Shown here: in pieces, positions 45,322-53,774 of the stretch | Layout: every line of letters begins with the position of its first letter | Position numbering within the stretch: position 1 is the first letter of the stretch | From: Candidatus Pyrohabitans sp. JdFR-17 | GTDB taxonomy: Archaea > Hydrothermarchaeota > Hydrothermarchaeia > Hydrothermarchaeales > BMS3B | DNA length: 64,000 nt | Assembly: GCA_002011115.2 (NCBI GenBank) | Contig: MTME02000038.1 | Span: forward strand, 10,475-74,474 | Reading direction: 5' to 3' | Made by a program: the position numbers and the translations under genes | The notes under the pieces: generated by a model | The model's input: the letters and a program-made list of their open reading frames with translations, nothing else | What the model was told of the DNA's origin: nothing | Databases searched by the model: none

Positions 45322-45714
45322 CTAAAAAACCATCACCATGTCTGAGCTTTCCATGCTCTTCTTGATTTCTTCAAAGCTCACTGGCTGAATGGTCTCCTCT
45401 ATGTCAAACTCCTTAGCATCGGTGAACATGTCTTCGGTAATGCCATAGCGCTCCATGTCTTCCTTGCACGCGAGCACCTTCACTTCGCTCATAAGGAGCA
45501 TCTTTATGCGGTCTTCAGGGGTCTCAATGCCATAGGTGCCCATGCCATCCTGCCCGCGAAGGCAGTTGAGCACACCAGCCTCGACAAAAGCTACGATAGG
45601 CTCAACTTCGAACTCCATTACTGTGAGGCAGCCGAGGGCGTGGTCAATGGCAGTGTTGGGAACCTCCTCCTTAAAAGTCTTCCTTACCAGAAAGAATACC
45701 CTCTTATCTGCCAT
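45322..45714 (-). CDS. DsrE/DsrF-family sulfur-relay-like protein
   Basis: KRVFFLV... and ...VKVLACKEDMERYGI follow the DsrE/F fold pattern with a candidate active Cys. Confidence 0.7.
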   Translation of the reverse strand: MADKRVFFLVRKTFKEEVPNTAIDHALGCLTVMEFEVEPIVAFVEAGVLNCLRGQDGMGTYGIETPEDRIKMLLMSEVKVLACKEDMERYGITEDMFTDAKEFDIEETIQPVSFEEIKKSMESSDMVMVF

Positions 45715-45715
45715 T

Positions 45716-46081
45716 TCACTCCTCTCCTATCATAAGCGCAACATCACTTGAGAGCGCATTCTCCATGAACCAGGTCATGGTTTTTACCTGAACCCCGTCA
45801 ATCATCTCTTCATCGTTTATTCCACGGATGTAAACGCAGCTCTCGCAGTTAACCACCTCCAGGCCCTTCTCTATAAGCTCCTTGAGTTCTGCCTCAAAGT
45901 TAAAGCTCTTCTGGTACTTGTGCTGCCCCTTCTTTGCAACCGTCGTAGCATCGCCGCTTAGCCAGAGCTTGACACTGTGCCCCTTCTCCAGGGCAGCCTT
46001 CGCCAACCTGAGAGCAAAAGCTATGTTCTTTGAGCCGTACGGTCTGGTAAGAAGTCCTATTGTCAGGGCTCCCATTATCAT
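45716..46081 (-). CDS. DsrE/TusD-family sulfur-relay-like protein
   Basis: LTIGLLTRPYG... and ...LEVVNCESCVYIRGI are typical of DsrE/TusD (..vC.....RGi). Confidence 0.75.
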   Translation of the reverse strand: MIMGALTIGLLTRPYGSKNIAFALRLAKAALEKGHSVKLWLSGDATTVAKKGQHKYQKSFNFEAELKELIEKGLEVVNCESCVYIRGINDEEMIDGVQVKTMTWFMENALSSDVALMIGEE

Positions 46082-46090
46082 ACCTCCTCC

Positions 46091-46387
46091 TTAAAGCCAT
46101 ATTACTTTCCTATACTCCTCCATGAGCTTGTCCACAATGTCGCCGTAGTCCACAACCTCCACATTACTTGGCACGGCATCTTCAGCGAAGCCTCGAAGCT
46201 TGAGGTCGTCCTTCAGCACAAATACCTTGGACACCTTCTCGAGAAGCGGTGAAGGCTTGCCATTCTCTTTAACAACGGCGTTGTAAACCCCATCGTGCAC
46301 CAGAAATACGCCTGTCTCATCGCTTGCTATGCGGTCTAAAAGCTCTGCGTCGTATTTAAAGTCGCTGATAAAGACACCAAGCTTCAT
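46091..46387 (-). CDS. DsrH/TusB-like protein
   Basis: VFLVHDGVYNAV... and ...VFVLKDDLKLRGF, with no Cys at the DsrE position, are typical of DsrH/TusB. Confidence 0.7.
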   Translation of the reverse strand: MKLGVFISDFKYDAELLDRIASDETGVFLVHDGVYNAVVKENGKPSPLLEKVSKVFVLKDDLKLRGFAEDAVPSNVEVVDYGDIVDKLMEEYRKVIWL

Positions 46388-46578
46388 GGTACCACCTCGC
46401 GCTAATCCTCGAGATTGTGATATTTAAATTTTACTTCAGGACGAATTTTAGACCAGAGCATGCGAAGCTCCACTTTAGAAGCAGCATAAAATAAGCGAAA
46501 GCAGAACCTGAGCAGAGTTCGATTTTTGTGAAAATAAAGTTTAAATAAAAGCAAGCATAGTTGTAATCGGTGGTTGAC

Positions 46579-46881
46579 ATGGGAAAGCTTGGCATATTTG
46601 TATGCACCGACAAGCACGGCGAGGATGTTGAAGGACTGGTCAAAGCGGCTATTGAAAAGGGGCATGAGGTGAAGGTGTTCTTCACGGGTCCTGGAGTTAA
46701 GCTGGTGCCGACAGAGCATGCGACGGAGATAGTCAAAGCGGGCGCAGACGTTGCAATGTGCCTCCACAGCTTTGAGGAACTTGGTTTCAATGAGGACGAG
46801 GTTCCAGAAGGGATAAAAAAGAGTACTCAGGACTACAACGCCAACATGCTCAAAGAAGTGGATAGGTATGTAGTGCTATAG
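46579..46881 (+). CDS. DsrE-family sulfur-relay-like protein
   Basis: MGKLGIFVCTDKHG... and ...ADVAMCLHSFEELGF. I preferred ATG 46579 over the GTG at 46570. Confidence 0.7.
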   Translation: MGKLGIFVCTDKHGEDVEGLVKAAIEKGHEVKVFFTGPGVKLVPTEHATEIVKAGADVAMCLHSFEELGFNEDEVPEGIKKSTQDYNANMLKEVDRYVVL

Positions 46882-46893
46882 GAGGTGAAGAGG

Positions 46894-47190
46894 ATGGTTT
46901 CTGTGGTGTTTATAACCAACAGCGAGGATGGATATGTCCAGGAAGAGGCAAGCCGCTCAGCCCTTGGAACAATGCTCGGCGGTAATGACCCAAGCTTAAT
47001 GATTATAGATGTGGACTACGATGTTGATCGCGGAGATACTGCAGAGAACCTGGAGTGGATAAAGGACAACGACGGGCTGGTTGTTTCCAACAATCCAAAG
47101 AATGTCGAGAAGAGCGACTACATCGATGAGATGAGCGTTGAGGAGATGGCAAAGAAGATGCTGGAGTTCGATGTGATTATACCCTACTGA
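46894..47190 (+). CDS. DsrF-like (Cys-less DsrE-fold) protein
   Basis: MVSVVFITNSEDGY... is the second gene of the plus-strand triplet. GGAGG lies 8 nt upstream of ATG 46894. Confidence 0.55.
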   Translation: MVSVVFITNSEDGYVQEEASRSALGTMLGGNDPSLMIIDVDYDVDRGDTAENLEWIKDNDGLVVSNNPKNVEKSDYIDEMSVEEMAKKMLEFDVIIPY

Positions 47191-47200
47191 GGTGATGGAG

Positions 47201-47371
47201 ATGAAGGTTCTTGAGATTCTGCGCTCGGAGCCCAGCGAGAGGGTTAAGGAAATCATTGAGGTGCACAAGAAGGAGGCGGACGTGGAGATTTTTGAGCTCT
47301 ACAAGAACAAGGACTACGCCCAGCTGGTGGACAAGATTTTCGAGGCAGATAAGGTAATAAGCTGGTGGTAA
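47201..47371 (+). CDS. short DsrH-like protein (56 aa; below the ORF-track cutoff)
   Basis: Translated by hand: MKVLEILRSEPSERVKEIIEVHKKEADVEIFELYKNKDYAQLVDKIFEADKVISWW. GAGGTGA lies upstream. The tail resembles the ...KVIWL end of the 98-aa DsrH-like protein. Confidence 0.4.
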   Translation: MKVLEILRSEPSERVKEIIEVHKKEADVEIFELYKNKDYAQLVDKIFEADKVISWW

Positions 47372-47395
47372 GCCCTTTTTTATTTTATTTTTATT

Positions 47396-47779
47396 CTATT
47401 CCATTTCTATCTCAAACACTGGCGGCTCAAATTTTTTTGAGTGCACCCTGTTTTTTGAATTTATGGGTATAATTTTGAAGAATGACTCTTGTCTGCCATC
47501 TGCACGTACCTCTATGGATTCCTGCAGTATCCTCAGGCTTATATCCCTCTCAGAAGCCACGCCCGGCAGGTAGATGCGCATGACCACCCTCTCGCCCTTT
47601 TTGAAGCTCTCCATCCTCGGCTCAACAACTTTCTTTCCCTTCTTCGCTCTTCTTGGCAGTCTTTCCTTCAGAGTATCGTAGTACTCGCGCAAAATCCTCC
47701 AGAGAAGGAATAGAGCGAGAGCAAAAATTGCGATGCGTAGCAGGAATAGCATGCAGCTACCTCCCTTCAAGCTCTTCAA
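47396..47779 (-). CDS. membrane-anchored protein with a short Hsp20/alpha-crystallin-like domain
   Basis: TM segment LFLLRIAIFALALFLLW. VVMRIYLPGVASERDISLRILQESIEVRADG resembles the ACD core. The start may instead be ATG 47752. Confidence 0.5.
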   Translation of the reverse strand: MKSLKGGSCMLFLLRIAIFALALFLLWRILREYYDTLKERLPRRAKKGKKVVEPRMESFKKGERVVMRIYLPGVASERDISLRILQESIEVRADGRQESFFKIIPINSKNRVHSKKFEPPVFEIEME

Positions 47780-50384
47780 GCAGCCTGCCTATAGCTTCAA
47801 ACTCCCTTCCAAAACCAACTAAATCTTCATTACGGAGCGCCTCTCTGGCGGCGGAGTAGTGGTGGAGCAGCTGCCTTATTATTTCCTCCCTGTCTCCGGT
47901 AGTGGGTGGTAAAACCATCTCCTCAGCCTCCTCCGGAGCCCTGCCGAACACCTTCTCTATCGCAGCGTCCAGAGTCTCTTCCATGGCGATACTTTCTCCA
48001 AAAGCTACAATTACCCTCTTGAGCTCCGGCAGAGAATCGTGCTGCTCTGCCCGCAGGAACACTGGCTCAACATAGAGGAGCGACTCGCGAATTGGTATGA
48101 TAAGCAGGTTGCCCCTTATAACCCGGGTGCCTGCCTGATCCCAGAGAGTGAAGTACTGGGAAATCTCCGGATTCTGGTCTATCCTCGCCTCAATCTGCAT
48201 CGGTCCATAGATGAGCTTATCCTTAGGGAAGATGTACACTATGCGCTCACCGTAGTGCTCGCCATCGCTTCTGGCAGCGAGCCAGGCAACGAGGTTGTTT
48301 TTATTCCTGGGTGTAAATGGCAGCATTAGAATAAACTCCGCCTTCTCCTCGCCAGGTAGCTTGGTTATCAGATAATACGGCTCCATTTTTACCCTGTCGC
48401 CCTCGTAAAGCTCATCAGGGATGTTCCACACATCCTCGCGGTTGTAGAACACTCGGGGGTCGAGCATGTGGTAGGTGGCGTACTTATTCGCCTGAATTAA
48501 AAAGTAGTCCACAGGGTAGCGGATGTGCATTCTAAGCTCGGGGGGCATCTCTTCAAGGGGTTTAAAAAGCTCCGGGAAGGCTTTTGCATAGGTTTTGATT
48601 ATCGCATCGCTCTCATCGGCGATGTAGAAGTTCACCTTACCTGAATAAGCGTCCACCACAGCCTTTACCGCATTGCGCACATAGTTTATCCCCCTCGTGG
48701 GCTCTGAGTAGGGGAAGTTGCTGCTAACCGTATACGCGTCTATTATCCAGTACAGCCTGCCCTCTGCAACAACGAGGTATGGGTCGCTGTCGTAGACCAG
48801 GAATGGAGCTAGCTTGCTCACCCTCTCCCTTATGTTCCTGTAGTACATTATCCTGCTATCCTGGGTTATTGAGTTGCTTAGGAATATCTTGGCACTACCA
48901 AAGTACATGGCGTAGGCGAGCCTCTTTAAGCCTGAGTCAAGCACCACCCCACCATCGCCTTCGTATGTGGTATAGACGTTCTCATCCCCGCGGGGATAGT
49001 CGAACTCTTCCGTCTTAGTCTTAACTATCACGTAGGTATCAGTAAGCTCCCCGTAGTATATCTCCGGGCGGGTGATATTAATGTAAGGCGACCTTGGCGG
49101 GATATCTTTCACCACAAATACGGGTAAACCTTCGCTTGAAACCTCATTAACAAGGCTCATCGTTATGCCATACCCGTGGGTGTAGACAAGGTGCTCATTT
49201 ATCCAGGTGAGGGACTGCTCAGCCAGAAGCTCTGTGTTGAGTTCCCTCGCAGCCAGCATAACCTGCTTATATTCCCCGTTCAAAACATAGCGGTCGACAT
49301 CGACGTCTTGGAAGGCATAGTAGGTGCGGATTAGCTGAAGCTGCTCCAGGGTGCGCTTCAGCGGGCGATAGTCCCACAGGCGGATATTCCTTATGGTCTC
49401 CTCGTTATTTTTAATGTCCTCAATGGTTAAATTCTGCGTTGCAGGAAACTCCACCTCTTTTATTCTATCCAGGTTGTACGCAAGGCGGGTGAACTTTATG
49501 CTATGCTCTATATACGGGCGCTCATAGTTGAATTCGTCCGGTGCCACCTGGTAGTGCTGCACAGTGCCTGTTAAAAAGCTGCCTCCTATCGCTACTATCA
49601 CAGCAAGCGCAGTCATTGCAACAGGTATCTTAAAGCCCACCCACCTCACTGCGAAAAAGAGCACCGCCGTAACCACGGCTATTACAGCTAAGAGAGAAAG
49701 TACAGGGAGGTACACATTAATTTCGGCATAACCAGCGCCAAAGAATGTGTCTTTAGCTGTGAAGAGCACGCGGTAGCGGGAGAGGTAAAATTTGGTGGCG
49801 AAGAGCAGGGCAAACAAACCAGCGATTGCACCTGCGTGAAACTTCGCTTGGATGGGAAGCAGCGCCACGATTTCACCGAATATTCTCTCGCGTAAAACTG
49901 CACCTGCGCCGTAGAGGTATATGAGTGCCGTAAGCGCTGCTATGAAAACGAGGGAGAGAAAGGCAAGGTTCCAGAGAAATTCATAGAAGGGCAGGTTAAA
50001 CACGTAGAAGGAGATGTCCTTCTGAAAAATGGGGTCTGCTATGTTAAAAGGAGTCGCTTGTAAGTACCACAGGAAAAGCTCCCACCCTCGCGATGCGCCC
50101 ATGGCAAGGAAAAGACTGAGAAGGAGGGAAACAGCCATGTAGAGCGCTCGCGGTGGCGTCGCTGCGCCGAACTTCCTCGAGGCGATGAGGTTTATGTAGG
50201 CTGCGGCAAAAAAGAGCATCGCCACCAGAAATGCGAGCAGAAGCCTCGTCTTCCAGATTTTAATAAAAACCTGCGCATAGCCAAGGCTGCTGAACCACAG
50301 GTAGTCGGTGGCGATGCCTACGAAGCTCGTCGAGAAAAGCGCTGCAAGCACCGCAAGGTAAAGAATCAGCTCTCCTCTTCTCAT
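47757..50384 (-). CDS. UPF0182-family large membrane protein
   Basis: 875 aa with about 7 N-terminal TM segments followed by a large soluble region. The architecture and length are typical of UPF0182 (COG1615), from memory. Confidence 0.8.
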   Translation of the reverse strand: MRRGELILYLAVLAALFSTSFVGIATDYLWFSSLGYAQVFIKIWKTRLLLAFLVAMLFFAAAYINLIASRKFGAATPPRALYMAVSLLLSLFLAMGASRGWELFLWYLQATPFNIADPIFQKDISFYVFNLPFYEFLWNLAFLSLVFIAALTALIYLYGAGAVLRERIFGEIVALLPIQAKFHAGAIAGLFALLFATKFYLSRYRVLFTAKDTFFGAGYAEINVYLPVLSLLAVIAVVTAVLFFAVRWVGFKIPVAMTALAVIVAIGGSFLTGTVQHYQVAPDEFNYERPYIEHSIKFTRLAYNLDRIKEVEFPATQNLTIEDIKNNEETIRNIRLWDYRPLKRTLEQLQLIRTYYAFQDVDVDRYVLNGEYKQVMLAARELNTELLAEQSLTWINEHLVYTHGYGITMSLVNEVSSEGLPVFVVKDIPPRSPYINITRPEIYYGELTDTYVIVKTKTEEFDYPRGDENVYTTYEGDGGVVLDSGLKRLAYAMYFGSAKIFLSNSITQDSRIMYYRNIRERVSKLAPFLVYDSDPYLVVAEGRLYWIIDAYTVSSNFPYSEPTRGINYVRNAVKAVVDAYSGKVNFYIADESDAIIKTYAKAFPELFKPLEEMPPELRMHIRYPVDYFLIQANKYATYHMLDPRVFYNREDVWNIPDELYEGDRVKMEPYYLITKLPGEEKAEFILMLPFTPRNKNNLVAWLAARSDGEHYGERIVYIFPKDKLIYGPMQIEARIDQNPEISQYFTLWDQAGTRVIRGNLLIIPIRESLLYVEPVFLRAEQHDSLPELKRVIVAFGESIAMEETLDAAIEKVFGRAPEEAEEMVLPPTTGDREEIIRQLLHHYSAAREALRNEDLVGFGREFEAIGRLLEELEGR

Positions 50385-50399
50385 GACCTTCCTCCAGCT

Positions 50400-51071
50400 T
50401 TAAAACCTCTTCCCCTTCACCTTTTCCAGGTTGAAACGCGCTGTGCTTGCTATTGCCATGACCGCCATCACACCTGCCTGCACCGGGTCGGTGACCACGA
50501 GATCAGCCACCTCAGGCACTGAACCTGCCATATTCAGGGAAATAACGGGTATGCCGTAATCTGCCTTGAGCTCCTGCACCGCCTCTGTAACCTCTCCACC
50601 CATAAGTGAGCCCGCCAGCACAAGTATGGCCGCGCGGTGAAGGCGACCGACGGCACGCACCGCCTCGGCGATCTTCTCCTCACCCACCAGGGGGATGGTA
50701 TCAACACTTATCCTTTCGCCTCGAAGGTTATGGCGGTCTGCCTCGCTCACAGCGCCGAGCACCACCTGCGCCACCTGAGCGCCGCCTCCTATAACTATGA
50801 CACGCTTGCCGTAAATCTCCTCGAAGGGCTTGTGCACCTCAACCTCAATTACATCGCTAACCCTGAGCAGGTCTGCCTTCAGCTTCTCAAGGTTGCGCAC
50901 ACCATCAAGCTCAAAGTATATCTGCACCACATCGTCCTGCATGAACTGCTGGATGTAGGTTATGTTTACGTCATGCTCCGCTATGACAGTGCTCACATCG
51001 CGAAGCAAACCCTTGCGGTCGCTTGCGAACACACTTATACCAACAATCTCACTACCTTCCATAATACACAC
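50400..51071 (-). CDS. ACT-domain protein with C-terminal Rossmann-like domain
   Basis: VGISVFASDRKGLLRDVSTVIAEHDVNITYIQQ looks like an ACT domain. Followed by KRVIVIGGGAQVAQ. The start abuts the stop of the KaiC-like gene. Confidence 0.7.
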   Translation of the reverse strand: MCIMEGSEIVGISVFASDRKGLLRDVSTVIAEHDVNITYIQQFMQDDVVQIYFELDGVRNLEKLKADLLRVSDVIEVEVHKPFEEIYGKRVIVIGGGAQVAQVVLGAVSEADRHNLRGERISVDTIPLVGEEKIAEAVRAVGRLHRAAILVLAGSLMGGEVTEAVQELKADYGIPVISLNMAGSVPEVADLVVTDPVQAGVMAVMAIASTARFNLEKVKGKRF

Positions 51072-51779
51072 CTATGGGGTGAGCTCTATTCCGTAGTCGG
51101 TTATTGAAAACTTGAAGGACCCAATTACATGCTTGGTGCCGCGCATCTTGCGTATTGAAATCTTCCTCTCCTGGGTTTCTGTGTCCAGGCGAAGGCTAAT
51201 CACACCGTCGAACATGAAAGTTTCTATAGGAAACTCCTTTATGCCTATATCCGCACTCCTCGCCTCTGTGATCACCAGGCTGGTGACTTTTCGCATGCTC
51301 AGCAGATTCGACAAACGAAGCAGTTTTGTACGCTTTTCAAACTCATCATAGGCGTAGAGCCCCATCACAGAAAGCGAGTCTATAACCACACGCTCAGCGC
51401 TTATAGCGGAGATAGCGTCGTCAAGGTTGGCGATGAGGTTATCCACATCTAAACCCGAGCGCAGCGTCTCCTCATCCACATCGCCCGAAATCCTGTATGT
51501 TACAGCATCCATAATTATGAGCTTTTCTTTCTTTTCCAGCGCATCCAGGTTCCACCCAAAAGAAAGCATGTTCCTCCTTATCTTCTCCGGGGTCTCTTCA
51601 AAGGTTATAAATATCCCGGGCTCGTCGTATTCTGTTATTCCAGAATACAGGTACTGCATCCCAAATATGGACTTCCCACTTCCGGGACCACCTATTAGCA
51701 GGATGGAGTTCCCCTTCGGGAACCCTCCAACCGCAAACAGATTATCCAACCCCGGAATCCCAGTCCTGACCACCTCCAT
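51072..51779 (-). CDS. KaiC-like / RecA-superfamily ATPase
   Basis: GIPGLDNLF.GGFPKGNSILLIGGPGSGKS (Walker A) and VVIDSLS (Walker B-like). Confidence 0.85.
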   Translation of the reverse strand: MEVVRTGIPGLDNLFAVGGFPKGNSILLIGGPGSGKSIFGMQYLYSGITEYDEPGIFITFEETPEKIRRNMLSFGWNLDALEKKEKLIIMDAVTYRISGDVDEETLRSGLDVDNLIANLDDAISAISAERVVIDSLSVMGLYAYDEFEKRTKLLRLSNLLSMRKVTSLVITEARSADIGIKEFPIETFMFDGVISLRLDTETQERKISIRKMRGTKHVIGSFKFSITDYGIELTP

Positions 51780-51790
51780 AAGAGCACCTC

Positions 51791-52729
51791 TTAAACCACG
51801 CTTCCACTGCCAGCAAGCCTCAGTCCACGAACCTCAGGGCGGGCAATCACAACAGTATCGCCTGGTGTTAACACAATAGGCTTCTCAGTTTCCACCACTA
51901 ACCTAAGTTTATTGTCACCCGCTTCATATATATCTTTTATTACTGCAGCCCTGTAGCTCAGCCCAGCGCTGAGCATGCATTTTATGCCAGCTTTCAGCTC
52001 GCCCTTAAAGTAGGAGCACCTGACAAAGTCCAGCTCCACTTCCCTTGTCACGCTGAAGCTTTCAGGCTCAGATGTTAGCACGCTTCCCCTCTCAATCTCA
52101 TCACTGCTCACCCCTTTAAGCGCAAGCCCTACACGGTCGCCTGCCTCCGCGTAGGCTACATTCTCATCCTGAATCTGAATTGACTTGACGAGAACCTCCT
52201 TGCCCTGAGGCAGAAGGGTGAGCTTCGCATGTTTTTCTATTCTCCCGCCCTTTACACAGCCCAGAACCACAGTACCAACGCTCTTCACTGTAAAGGCATG
52301 GTCCACCTCCACGTGGACAGGAGGCTTGCTTTCATGGGAAAAGCCTCTGAGCTTAGAGATTATCGTGTTGAAGTCTCTCTCGACCGCTGCGTAGCCCTCA
52401 GCCACTGTGCCCTTGAGCACAGGAAGCACCTGCTCCCTCACCAAGCCCTCAAAGATAATTAAGCCTTGCCTCTTTTCGAGCATGTCCAAGGCAAGGAGCA
52501 TCTCACCAATCTCTGGGGTGAGAGCATCTATTCGCACTATTGCCGCGTCCGCCATTGCTATAGCCTGAAGCATTGCTCCGAGCTTCTCTTGATTGGGCTC
52601 CACGAAAATGAAAATCTCCTCGCCCATCTTGCGGTTGTACAGGGTTATGTCGCTGGCGGTGCCCCGCTTACCCAGAAGTCTGCCCAGCTCAGGGTCGTTG
52701 AGTATAACCGTGGTCAGGGTCATGCTCAC
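51791..52729 (-). CDS. EF-Tu-like protein with a degenerate G domain and an intact domain-2 beta-barrel
   Basis: KSVGTVVLGCVKGGRIEKHAKLTLLP...QDENVAYAEAGDRVGLALKGV is EF-Tu domain 2-like. The N-terminal LGRLLGKRGT does not fit GxxxxGK[ST]. Confidence 0.7.
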   Translation of the reverse strand: MSMTLTTVILNDPELGRLLGKRGTASDITLYNRKMGEEIFIFVEPNQEKLGAMLQAIAMADAAIVRIDALTPEIGEMLLALDMLEKRQGLIIFEGLVREQVLPVLKGTVAEGYAAVERDFNTIISKLRGFSHESKPPVHVEVDHAFTVKSVGTVVLGCVKGGRIEKHAKLTLLPQGKEVLVKSIQIQDENVAYAEAGDRVGLALKGVSSDEIERGSVLTSEPESFSVTREVELDFVRCSYFKGELKAGIKCMLSAGLSYRAAVIKDIYEAGDNKLRLVVETEKPIVLTPGDTVVIARPEVRGLRLAGSGSVV

Positions 52730-52914
52730 GCTTTAGCACTGCTGAAAATATAACCTTTTTGCAGATGGGAACCTCCACCGGGTTCCCATTCCCTCCAGGA
52801 ACCTTATGATTCTCAGCTATATAGGGGCGCCGCACCTGCTCACTGGGGAAGAAATGGGAAGCAATCAAAAATTATTATGTTACCGCTTGGATATAGGTGA
52901 CAGGAGGCGCTGAC

Positions 52915-53769
52915 ATGAAGGCAGGATTTATCGGTCTTGGTAACCTCGGCAAGGCGATGGCAAAGAGGCTGATTTCTCAGGGTGTGGAGCTGGTTGTCTG
53001 GAACAGAACCAGGGAGAAAGCTCAGGAGCTTGGGGTTGATATAGCAGAAAGCCCAGCTTCGCTTTTATCTGAGGTTGACTTTGTCTTTCTGTGCCTCTTT
53101 GACAGTGATGCAGTTAAATCAGTCGCTACAGGCAAGGGAGGGCTTCTGGAGGGCGAGTGTGAAGGAAAGGTTATAATTGATACCACAACAAATCACTTTG
53201 AGGCGGTGACGTACTTCCATGAGGTGTTTAAAGAGCATGGCGCCTATTATCTCGAATCCCCTGTGCTCGGGAGTGTTATACCTGCATCCCTAGGGAAGCT
53301 TACAGTTCTGGTTAGCGGTGAGAAACAAGCGTACGAAAGAGCCCTGCCATATATTGAAAAGATAGGCGAGAACATCTTCTACCTGGGCGAGCCAACCCTG
53401 GCAACGAAGATGAAGCTTATTAATAACCTTGCCCTTGGCTCATTCATGGCAACCATTGCAGAAGCTCTCGCCTTCGGTGAGGCCATTGGGCTAAGCAAGG
53501 AGAAGGTGCTTGAGATTCTTTCCGCTGGCGCAGGAAATTCCATGGTTTTAAACGCCAAGAAAGAAAAGCTGCTCAAGGAGGATTTTACGACGCATTTCTC
53601 ATCTGCGCTAATTTACAAAGATCTTCACTACCTGCAGGATTTGGCAAGAACCTTAAAAAGACCCTTATTTATGGGAAGCATTGCCAAAGAGCTTTTTGCC
53701 ATGACGTTCCCAAAAAATATGGACAACCTTGACTTCTCCGCAATTTACAGGATACTGAAGGAGTATTAG
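52915..53769 (+). CDS. NAD(P)-dependent dehydrogenase, 3-hydroxyisobutyrate/6-phosphogluconate dehydrogenase family
   Basis: MKAGFIGLGNLGKAMAKRL Rossmann motif. ATG 52915 lies 7 nt after a GGAGG. Confidence 0.85.
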   Translation: MKAGFIGLGNLGKAMAKRLISQGVELVVWNRTREKAQELGVDIAESPASLLSEVDFVFLCLFDSDAVKSVATGKGGLLEGECEGKVIIDTTTNHFEAVTYFHEVFKEHGAYYLESPVLGSVIPASLGKLTVLVSGEKQAYERALPYIEKIGENIFYLGEPTLATKMKLINNLALGSFMATIAEALAFGEAIGLSKEKVLEILSAGAGNSMVLNAKKEKLLKEDFTTHFSSALIYKDLHYLQDLARTLKRPLFMGSIAKELFAMTFPKNMDNLDFSAIYRILKEY

Positions 53770-53774
53770 CTATG

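Noticed and set aside
46402-46790. The 121-aa and 119-aa minus-strand track ORFs in and beyond the dsr intergenic region.
   Set aside because: They overlap the better-supported plus-strand DsrE-like gene. Their composition is implausible (Cys/Leu/Phe-rich), and no start context is present.
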